Source: Acanthaster planci
Taxonomy: Eukaryota
Assembly: GCF_001949145.1 (NCBI RefSeq)
Contig: NW_019091361.1
Span: forward strand, 2,114,919-2,178,918
Length of the DNA stretch: 64,000 nt
Direction of reading: 5' to 3'
The position numbers and the translations under genes are program-made. The notes under the pieces were generated by a model that did no database searches, was not told the DNA's origin, and was given only the letters and a program-made list of their open reading frames with translations. Of this stretch, positions 13,801 through 25,800 are shown one piece after another. Numbering within the stretch: the stretch's first letter is position 1; each line of letters starts with the position of its first letter.

Positions 13801-16800
13801 CGAGGTTGTTCCTTCATAAATTTACCACAGCCTGACTTCTTTAGTGTTAGACTTTAAACGTATAAGCTGTCTAAAACATCAGGTTCTAAAAATGCAGGGT
13901 TTTAAGAATGAAAATTGAAACGACGACAAAGTACGAAGCTGTGCTGTTTCAGTGCAACACGTGAACACCGTGTCATCACGTACATATGTATATTAGCCAT
14001 GTCCCCAATAGGGGACAATGTCATTTTCCAAGCCATTGTATATGTCGTTTCGTGAATTCATTACGCTTCCCCATTTGTCACGTTTTCCACGCCATCCTAT
14101 TGACCACTTCCTATTATACCTCCAACCTCCTCCGCCTCCTCCGCCTGGGTATCATCACTTATTCAAGATTTAAGGAAAAACGGTCGTCTTCATCGTGCTC
14201 AGGGCCATCCCGCCGACAGTCCAACTGGAGACGTTTGCTATTTATTATCCAAGACGACTACTCTGTTCAACCATAGAGTAGCTCTGTGGTTCAACAAAAG
14301 CCTGTGGCTTTTCAATGCTCCCTGTCAGCCAGTTGAGACCAAATCACTTATCCTTTTTGCCAAAATCGTCCCCGAGTTGTACTGACCCACTCCTTTCCCT
14401 GTGGGGTGGGGGTAATCTTAATCCTATGCTCTGAAGGTGATAAATTACTTGATTGGCGCAAAGTATGTTTCGCATGTGGAGTGTGCTTAGGGCGAATTGT
14501 GGGGACAATACAGGACACGGCTGTTCGGGTCCTCAACATATTTTTGTCGCAGAGGACAAGGAGTTCTGATGGCCATTCACACGGCTGTCCTCGATTTTTC
14601 TGGATATCGTTCTTCACGTATTATCAACGTGGTGCTTAACGATTGATGTCTCTACTGCATAGAACACTGCGCTGTACCAGTCGGAGCCACAGCCGCGCAT
14701 ATGCACATCCAGCCGGTCCGGTATACACCCCGGCCGTCTCTCCCGCTGTGAAGCTGTACTACATACAACCCAGTGCGGGCCCAGTATGAACAAGACTTGC
14801 TGATGTCGGCAATTGGCTTTGAAGTTTTACAAAGAAGTGCCATCTAAAGAAAAATCAATGCCAAACAAGGATCAACAATGCGGACGAGTCAACACTCCTG
14901 TTCACGAAATCTCACAACACTATACTCACAGTAATGGCACTATCTCTTCCCAACAACAGTAACCATCGAAATAAATTAGGCGCAATGACCAACCAGAAAG
15001 AGACGAAACAATTGCAAGGGTCGTCAAGGCAAATTTTGTCCAGAACAGCTTTTTTACACCTCCTCCCACAATGGGACGGTGAATGTGCCCTCAAATGCAC
15101 CGACCTTTGCAGCTCATCATACAAAGAGTATCAATGATTTTATTTTAGTTTGCATGAAGTTCTCATCATTTCACGGTATTTTGGAAAGATTTTGCTTGGG
15201 AAAAGAGGGAGTTACGCCCCAGTAGTCGCAGCGTGGAGCTATTAAAAACTGCCTCAGACTATAAATAAATTTAATGTCGTGGTTTATTACATCTGGCGAA
15301 GAATCGGCACAAAAGGCCAAAGCAAACGTGCAAACAAATCGCAAAGAAGCCTTTGGACGTAAACGCTCAAAGCTTGGGGACTTGCAAAACCGCAAGTCAA
15401 TCTGTCTTGATATCACAGTGTGGTCAGTAAGATTTTGTCACGTCCTGTTTGCATGGATGTATATTACAGACAGATTCATAACTAACAGGAACAAACAAGC
15501 GCAGGTTTTTTTCTCTGCTAATCTATTTTGCTCAACGCTAGAATGCTATAAACAAACGTTCAGCAACATCATTTTGGTCGAAGTGGTTTGAAATCACTTC
15601 AGTTATTGGCCAGTGGCCAACTTTGTAGCAGGCTGTCTCCAAAATTGAGAGCATTTGATGATTGTAGTAACGTTGGCTGAAATGTCACTTTTGGAAAGTA
15701 ATGCCATTAAGATCCTAATAATATTTGATTGAATCAAGGCGGTCTGGAGAATGCCATTGCCCATCACTTTGAGTTTGTCATTTACTCACAAAGTGCAGGG
15801 CAGGTGCGTCCAATTGACTAACCTAGACCGTGGATGGAGTTTGTGGTTGAAAAGATCGAGTGGGTTCTTGCATGATGCGAAAAGGTAACGACATCTGGGC
15901 TAAAATAAAAAGGTCTACTTCCACTGGATAATCGGTCACGGTGCAGTCGTCTAGCCGGCGGTATGGGACGCCCTCAACTGTTGACTGATGTTATCAGTCA
16001 CCATTTAAACTCCTTTGGCCTTATTTACTTCTCTCACGACCAGTCCCCGACTGTGATTCGTAGACAGGCCTATTTAGAGGCTTCATATAGGGCAATATAT
16101 CACTTGGAAAGGTTAAGGGAGTTTAAACTCAAGATCACTCTGTGACGGCTGGGGTCAACTACCGGTCTTGTGCAGTTGCACTTTTATTCCCATTTCAATT
16201 TACGGGGGATAATCATGGGGCGATACATTAGTGAACTGCCGCGTAGCATGCAGCAAATCGGCGCTACCGGCCGTTTTCTGCGCTCGTATCAAAACGTGTT
16301 GAGTGGCTTGGAAAGAGTTCAGCATATAATAAAGCCGATTTTTTTTTTTTTTAAATGGGCCGGGGATCAGCTGTAACTCCTAAGAATGTAATTAACTATA
16401 AAATCCCCCTCGCCAGGAGGCCTTTCAAAGGTGTGTGACGTTAAAGTTCTCTGGACTGGGCCACCTTGTAGATAAAGAGGGAGAGTTTTGTGCCCTCCCG
16501 TCCCTATCGAGACCGGTTTGCGGACCTTTGATCAGGAGGTTTATACGTAGGAATGGGGGGGGGGTCTGGGAGTGCCTCCGGCAAAGGTTACTGTGAATGG
16601 AAAAGAAAGGTTTTATTTAGTGGAATGAAACAATGCTTACACGAGGGTGCTTCGATTTATTGTCCATGGCAAGTCAAGTTGTGTTTCTGAAATTTAAGGT
16701 CTCCCTGTTGATTGAGACACCTGACGTGGGGGAACAAGTACTGAACATGAAATTTAACGATCACAACAACTTTCGGCCAGACACCCTCTGTGTGTGTGTG

Positions 16801-19800
16801 GTTTGGAGTGTGAAGTGGGCTTACAAAGCTTGGAAATCCAAATATTTATGCTTCGGGTGAGCTCAAGTACAAAATTATTCGGCGATTCTAACCAATATAA
16901 ACAAACGTCCCTTCCGAGCTTTTCACTGGCTTAATCTATCAAATAATGCGGTTCAACATATCCTGTGGGCTACGATTACAAAAGAATAAATAAATACATA
17001 TTTTTGTAAATATTTATGAAGTTGGACGGTTCGTGGTAGAAAGGGTGACCTGTAATTGACTGGGCGAGGCAGTGTGGCATATGGGAAAAATTAGGCTCCA
17101 GTGCTGGCCGACACAAAGCTTGATTGTGATTGATTGTACAAACGAATGATAAGTCGAAAATTGACGTACAGCCTAGACCCCGTGGGACGGGATGAGTCAA
17201 ATCACACGTCACTTTACGCGTGTTCAGAGCGCGCCGACATTGACATAGAAGCAAACTTTTTCTTCCTGCTGAAACGATTGACTGGTGCAGAATCGTCTTT
17301 ACTGCTGGACTGAAGCTATATCAATAATTTACGTCAGTAGTTCACATCTACATACACTGAGTTACGGATGAATTATGAACACAAAGTTTTTGAAATGACA
17401 GCAAATTTGTAAAAAGAAGTCGTTCTATTGTTGTTTTTTTTTTTTTTCGAAGGTCATCTTTTTGTACAAAATGCGCATTAAGGCTATCTTTAGTTGTATC
17501 ATTGCGAAAGGTATAAATATCCATCGGATGCAAAGTCAGTTGCTAAGGCTTTTTTCCAGATGGATTGGATTTTATCCAAAATTTTATCACCCGATCAAAT
17601 CGAAACTGAAGGGATGTTTTCGATTTCACTGTGTCATCTGCAGTATGGTCTCAAACTCTGCATACCTTTTGTGACGTCAACTCCTTTTGTCCTGGCCCAG
17701 GGCATATAATTGGTTCAGCGAGTAGGAATGCTGCATTTAGTGGAGCGCTGCATCATTGTTTAATATCACTTCACAAACGAGCCGGTTCGGTATTCCAATA
17801 GCGCATGCCCAGAAAAAGGCTATTCGGGAACAGCTACACGGGTGCGCGGTAGTCAGCGCAGCCATTTCTGATTCACGCGTGCGCTTCGTTCCCGAAAGAC
17901 TTTGGCTTTTTGAAATATCGAACTGGCTCATTTTGGCACAGCGTCCAGGGCGGCAAAAAAAAAACAACACTAAGGAACACGTGACCATAACCGACGGAAG
18001 CGTCCGCCCGCCGACTCACAATCTCATTATTCATACACATTTTGACAACCCAAGTTTCAGGACTTGTTTGTCCCCAGACGCACTGATTCACTTGTTCTTC
18101 TTTGCCCGTATTCTATCTTTTTACACCCATTCCTGTGACGGTCATTGTCGTCTCAATGTCTTCAATCATATAAAGTCTATCAGTCAATCTAGATGTTGAT
18201 GAAAAGGTCAGGGATGGGGCGATGCCTTCGGCGCTGCTTGAAGAAATCAAGAAAAATGTTTGATTCCTTTTCTCTTGAGAGACACCCTTGAAGGAAGAGC
18301 AGTGTTTTGGTAAAAAGGAAGGATATCATAATTCAAAACGAGATGCCTTGGCTCCAATTTTAATGAGGAAGACTGGCTAATTCTGCTCTCCGATGAGAAA
18401 TTTGACGGGAAGGAACAGTGTCCCAGAAAAATCCCGACTCGACTGATACAGTGGTGTATTCTTAGTTCGAGCCAACGTGCTTCGATTTAATTTGTGCGCC
18501 GTTTTAATTTCTTCCCTGTGCCTTCATCAGGATGTGCGGCGCGGTAGGCGAGGATTCAAGGGAAGCGGCAAGGACAAGAACTCCATCGTGTGGTCTCGGT
18601 GGAGCGACTGGTCAGAGTGCTCGCGGACGTGTGGTGGCGGAGCCAAGTACAGGACAAGACACTGCATGAGCAGGTAAACTTCACGCGCAGGCCGACAAAA
18701 CCAACTGTCCTGCATTATGAAATGCGTTGGAAAAAATACAGACTGACAAATTTCCTCTGGTGGGATTCGAGCCCACAAGTCTGATGCAACACAGTTCTAC
18801 GGTGCTGACTTAATATCCTGGCCATATAGTGTTTTTTGACTAAACTCTACACGAATTTCTGATGTACGAAAGACCATATCAATCTTTAGCATGCGACCTC
18901 ATGCAGCTTTGAACAACCAACAACTAGTAATATATACATGTGTGTATATATATATATAAATATTAAAGAGAAAGCTTTTATTTTAAGGCATGTTTTATTT
19001 CAAATAGGAAACCAGCAAATGACAGAGCAGGAATCCAAATTTGTGAGGAGGAGAGCAGACAATATCGCTCCTGTAACACCAAGGTGAGTGCAGAGGAACG
19101 GCGTCAAAAAGAGGTGTTCACGCGGGGAGGGGGGAACCATGGCGTAACGAGTTCAGCATGTGACATTTGCACGCCTACTGCTCAAGTAATCACAATGGGC
19201 GCTGTTCTCATTCTTGCAAAATGAAAACAGTTAGACTTTATTTAAGGGTGTTCAGATCCCTGGATTCCAGACGAGTGTTGGGAAATCGAACTTGCCATAA
19301 ATGATCACCGCGTGTTAGGAACCATTAATAATCAAATTTTTCTTGGATAAGTGCCACTGACAAAAATAGGCTTATTCCTTGTAAATGAGTGGTACTGAAG
19401 TGTACGGCACCCGATTTTAGAATTCGGCCGAGTTGAAGCCTGCCCACGTACAGTTTCGGGGACATCCTGACTCTGTCAGTGTTATGTCTGGGTCTAGGAA
19501 AATATTTCGAAAAGCCAATGCAATGTTGACAGAGAAGGGAGTTACATCATGAAAAGGTACATGTACACGCTAATTCAAATCGGGTGTCAGAAACAAGCCT
19601 TGTACAACGTCAACCCCTGCGATTGAACCTTTGACAATTGCAAATTCATGGTCATTGTAGCACGACTTGACCCAGGAGTATAAGTCAGTCTAAATTAGAT
19701 CAAAATGTTCAAAGCCGGGTCTGATGTGATGTCAATCAGAAATTTCCTTGTGTGTAAATACAGAGGTAGTTTCCCGTAATTAAACCAATAATTCCACTTT

Positions 19801-22800
19801 TTGACTGGTGCTTCCTTCAAAGGTTGTGACTTCTAATTAAATGTGACATCTGTCAAATATGTCTGTCCTTACCTTGGCCAGGTATGGCGGACCTTTTGAT
19901 AATAGAGTGCCTCAATACCCGAATGTTGGAGGCAATTAGCGTGATTACCTTTGGCAATGATTCAGTTTCCCTTTCTTGTTGCCCCCAATGCCGACGGTCG
20001 CAGCCATGCCCAGCCGGTTCACAAGACTTTAGAGCGATGCAGTGCGCCATCTACAATGAGAAACCATTGGTAGAGTGGGTGCCGGTGGAAGAGGGTAAGC
20101 ATTGGGCCCTTGCCAAATACAAGTCTTTGTTTCCTCACAGACATGGAGGTAAATAGGGTGGGGCAGTGGCGACGACAGAAACCATGCGACCTTGGGGAAA
20201 ACCTAAATTTCCTTGTTATAGCAGAAGCAGAAATCTGCGTTTTGGGTGGCACACCTGTGCAAGGGTTTCGGCAATTCTTTTCCAGATTGAGAAGATTAAT
20301 ATTTAACACCCATACAAGATGTCTGTTTAAACCATGAAGCATAACAGCTAGACTTAAACATTTCTAGCCGTCGCCACAGTCGTTCAGAGAAAGCATTATC
20401 CGCAATGTCACACCAGCTAACTATGTAGAATGTATCAAGAGCTGAAATGACTCGAGTCGGTAACTCCTGTCGATTTCTACTCGAGTCACCATTTTTGACA
20501 GCTAGACCCCCAGCCTTACAGGGTAAATACCCCGACTCGACTGGACTCGAGGCCCTTATGTCATAAGACTTACGTGAGTCGGAGTCAACACGCGAGACCC
20601 AAATACACCGTACTATAGTATCATAATGACAAGTAATTATGAACTGCGCGTCACTGCCAAGTTATATACGATATCACGGACTCCTATCTCCGACCACTGC
20701 ACCTTCGTGTCAAGTGAGCTGTACCAATTCCTAAGAAGGGCAATGTTGGTACATCATCGTGACTTAATTGTTTAAACGATGCCAAGATATTCTTAAAGCT
20801 TTTAAATATGGTGAAATCTCAATTTTCAGGTAATAGAAATGAATGCGATCTGGTGTGTAAGACAACGAACGGAGCGTACGAACTGAACTTCCGCCATGTG
20901 GTAGACGGGACCCGATGCCGCGGTAACTCCATGGATATGTGCATCAATGGCAAGTGCCAGGTGAGAACACTTGGTGCTTGACAGTTTTTTCAAATCAAAT
21001 GTCATGTATGCGTAATTTGCGACCACTTGAGAGACCTTTGGAAGCATGTAGTCGATACGTCCCCAGTTTAAATCTGGCAGACTTCAGATAGTGGGCCATA
21101 GGTGTTTCATGTCAGGAACATGTCAGGTTCTATCAGTTACTGCACTGTATAACCCCGATTAAAAACAACAACAGTTGCATTCTTTGCGCGGCCACTTTAT
21201 AGTGTAAAGAGTGAATTGGAAATTCCTCCATAACTGCAGGTCACCTTCTGAGAGTATTTCCGATAGTTCATCTTTAAACTGGCACGTGCTTATGCTTGAC
21301 GTTATACGGACTCAAGCCATGAATCACATGTACCTTGGGTCCCAGGTCAGCAAAAAGCATGATGCCGTTTGGTAACTTTATAACCAGCAGATATAATTAT
21401 CAAGTCCATTTAGTACCTATATCTTCATGATTTGTGTGGGTAAAAGCCGTTCTAATCAAAGAAGTAGCACCGATCTTTGCTCAAGAGATGGTCAGAAACT
21501 TGTGCACAAGCCAGTTATGTTTGTAGCACCTGCATTAGTCCTAAAGTTCTCTAAACTGTGTGATATCAATGATGTGAATCGGCGCGGGCTGTAGGACTAG
21601 AATCCACTCCACGCAACACCGATACCAGGGTCCCCAAGTAAGCACTTGCAGCTCAGCCCACGGACCTCCATAGCCCGCAGCTGTTTTTAAAGGGAGATGA
21701 GTAAACCCTACAGCTGGATGTCTCAGAGTTGACCTTAAGACTTCTTCAACTTTCTTCATTTCTTGTTGTAAATACATCTGACAGCCGTGTTTCGTTGTTT
21801 TTTTCTTTGCGTTTCCGTAGGCTGTCGGTTGTGATGGAGACTTGAACTCGACGGCGAGCTACGATGTTTGCGGGGTTTGTGGCGGCCGAAACCAGACCTG
21901 TGGTCACGTGCACAAGACGTACTCGGAGGAATATCCATCCACTGGTTAATATTCAGTCCTCGTTTCTTCCTTTTAACCCGCCAAGATAAATCGCCTTGAG
22001 CACGCTTTGTTGATTTGGTTGACATGCGGTTCCAATCAGACGGTGGTTGGGCATTATTTTCATACATAGGGCGACAATGTTATATACAAGTAAATTCGAC
22101 AGGGTGGTTGTTTACACCCAATAAGGTCCCATGTCAATTGTTGATTCATGTTAATCATCCTAAATCAGGCAATCCTAAAGTCAAAGCAGCCTGTTATGAA
22201 CATTACTGAAATGCTTCTCTGGTTGAGATAAATGGAGCTGCAATATTTTACTTTGTCAATCTCTTAGAGAAACAAAACTGAACTAGGCCTATGACAATCC
22301 CTATTAAGATCACAGCTAGATACAGACGGTATAACGGGAAAGTACCTCCCTAGGTAACGGCCTGCCCTGTTATTCATTTATCTGCGTCAGCCGGAGAAAG
22401 ACAACCTCACAATCAAACTGGGAATGTACATTTGCGAGACAGGAAACAAGTCAAGAAGACCTCCAGACTGCAGACCGATCGACGGCAGACAACCAATTTT
22501 TTCTTGGAAATAAAAATCACACATCTATTGTTGCAGCCGACGGCAGACATAAACATTACCGAGGCCCCGTTTCATCGGCAGAGCGAGGTTATTGCAATGA
22601 AATCCCACTCAGCAAAGGTTAATGAGAAGCAACATAAGCGCTGACAATGAAGTACGACTAATTAAAAGCTGCAAATTAACATTTCAATGCTACGCGAGCA
22701 AGCAACTCAATGGATATATGATCATTCACTTCTCAAAGCACTTATAATTCCCAGAATCCCAGTGTAGCAAATTCAGCTTCAGGTATTTAACTGCGAGCTT

Positions 22801-25800
22801 TAAGTTTATAGCTGCGGTTCATTCAGACAAGGTATCCTTTTGCCGAACTAGTCATTAGTTCAGTCCTTGTGCTTCCAATAACCAAAACTAAAACTGATTT
22901 CTCTCACAGCAAAGTCATCCAAAACTTATAACAATCATTTCCCCATCTGGTCCAGTATAAAACTCGAGGGTTGTTAGAAGGCGTTGCTCGTACATGTCAC
23001 AGCTTGACACGACCCTGTTTGTGTCTACAAAGGACTGACACTTCGCAGGGCTGGGTGTGGAAAGTGTCAGTATTTGTGAAAGGTTTCTTCATGTCCTAGC
23101 TTTGCAAAGCAACCTCCCTAGGTATCAGTATCATGGTTTGAATAAATTCTGTCGTTCAGGGCCAATTCCCGCGAACTCCCGCAAGAATTTGCTCAATGAG
23201 AAGCAGACGGCGTTTCCAAGCACAGACAAATTGATGAACGTGACCCAGACGTGTTTAATCAATATTTATAATTTCCCAAGAGAACCGTAAACCCTATTTC
23301 AGTTTGTTATTACGAAGAAATACGCCGATGAAAATAATTTCATTATTTAGCAGAATCGGACTTGGAAGCTGGTCGGATAAGACATTAATGTCCATCTTAT
23401 GCATCTAGCTCGTGGTTGCTCGTAAAATCTTCTGGACGTTACTCTCACATGTAGCGTATATGGCCCTGCTTCTCAGAGAGAAGGAAAAAGCATTTTGAAG
23501 AACGTTGTGGCTTAGCCAAAAAATACTACCCCAGAAGAAAACCCACACACGTGTAGGAAATACCCATCCGTATAACATGCTCCCAGCGGGAATCGAACAG
23601 GTTCCACCAGGGCCTTGGGTGAGGAAAGAGTGACTCGACACGGGCGTTTACTTTTCCCCCTCAAATTGGTAACGAACACAAGGTCATAACCGGTAGCCTT
23701 TATAAGCATGATATGGGGATTCGTGGATATTTGGCGACCCTACTCCTAAACTAACCGTGGTCTGTATCAAAGTCATGATTTTTCTACCTCACAGTTTGAA
23801 AATGCAACAATTCTTCAGTTTTACAATAGAGGTTCATACATTCATTAAAACAGCATCCAGCTATAAACACGTACCGGCATAGTTTGACAGTTACAAAAAA
23901 AAAGTGGCTGCGACGTATTACAGTGAACAAAAAGAGACAACTATTTAACTTTGAGCCATGTAGGTTATTCGTTCAGGTGTTGTCATATCACAAATGAATG
24001 AGCTACTGTTGTCTGAAATCATGGTTAAACAATCATTGTCATGTACACAAGAAAAACTACCAACCGTGACACCACTTTCGCAATATTTGCTGTCTCATTA
24101 ACAAAACCGCGGAAAGTCCAAATGAAATAGTTACGAAAAATCATCCCCGAAAAACTACCCTTGCTAAATTGAAACAAATATCCATGTTTATTCTGAATAA
24201 TGTCACTTTGAGCAATTCACTTACCAGTGTCCAGCTGAGTCTTGTTTCTTGTGAGCTCATTGGAAATGTTGAGTGACACATGGTCGATACACGCAGTCAT
24301 GCAGGCTCACTTGACGTTTGGGTAGAGCACGTGCATTTCCCGTCGCCGGTTCACTCTCGGTCAAAAATTGGCGCACACCGCGTCATTCCATTACAACAGA
24401 ATGTCTCCGAAGAGCAGGTTACATTTTTTCTTCGCAATGTGGTTACATAAAGTATCACACACGGATTTAGTTTATGTTTTCTGTCCCGATGACCCATCAT
24501 GTCTGTATGGATGTTGCAGAGCTAAATCTCCCCCAAAGTGTAGTCAATAAACTCTGTTTTCTCTCAATTTCCTTGTCGGTGTTGCTATAGTTGTCAGTTC
24601 AGAGAAAATGGCGTAAGTACGGTAAAGACTGCAGTGTGTACACGAGCGTCTGCTGCAAGTTTATTAATAGCGATCGATATCTTTGCAACCTCTTTATTGT
24701 TCTTACACCTGTCGAAAAATTCTTTGTGTAGGCCTACTTGGCTTCCCGAACGCCTACAGAGTAATGTGTTACAATGAGGGGCATTCATGATTGTGGGGCA
24801 CTTCAGAGATTAGGTTTCCGTGTCTGCATGTACCTTATTACAATGTGAAAGTCTAGCCATCAAATTGAAAACAGGAATATCACGCGCGCGAAGGACATTT
24901 CTGAAGAAATCTGCAGACAATTTTATATGAGCAATAGTGGATCGGTTGATTGCAGTGGCCACAATGTGACCAAGGGGTTGAAGTCAGTGAAAACATTTGT
25001 TTGTTTCTTTAACTTTCTGTTTTCAATCTAAATCAGTTGAAATAATTGAAAAAAAAATAGATTTTGAAAAGGCTGAAAGCTACCTGTACTTTTATTCGTA
25101 ACCTGTTTTAGTTTAGCCGGTTCCCCTCAAGATATAATTGACATACGAGGAAATAAGTTTCTTTTTATTACTTTAAAACATTTTTGAAATTACTGTTTAT
25201 TTCTTTGACAGGATTTTACACATACAACCGCATAATCATGATCCCAGCCGGGGCTAGCAATATTCGCATTAAGGACAAGAGCACACTGAATTTCATTGGT
25301 AAGATAGAAAAGTAAATTAGTAAATTTGTGGGGATTTCATTGTTGGTATAAAGTGATATGAATGTTGTGGTTTGCTTTTCATTAGGATGTAATAAAAACT
25401 TGAAAAACAGACGGATTCAATGGTGAAAAAATGTTGACACCAAACCACATGGTGGTAATTCAGCCCCAATGTTCATTTTAACATGGATGTGCTGAGCTCT
25501 GAAGATCACATGGGCTGATTTCTTTATGAAAATAATGTGGAAACTTATTTCCATGGAACATGATGAACTTGGACAAACACAGGGAGAGACCGTGTCCCCA
25601 AACTCTACATTTATTTATGAATCTACACAGGGTTATGAGTAAATTGTTAACTTTACTCTCTTTATTTAACCAGCTCTAAAAGACGAATCCGGAGAGTTTC
25701 TGCTGAACGGGGACTGGACCATCGACTGGCCAGGAGACTACAAAGGAGTGGGTACCAACATCTCGTACCAGCGTCACCGAAATGGATCAGAGGATATAAA

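Noticed and set aside
19406..19588. Short inverted repeat cacccgattt...aaatcgggtg as a MITE
   Set aside because: Match is short and degenerate, with no TSD evident.
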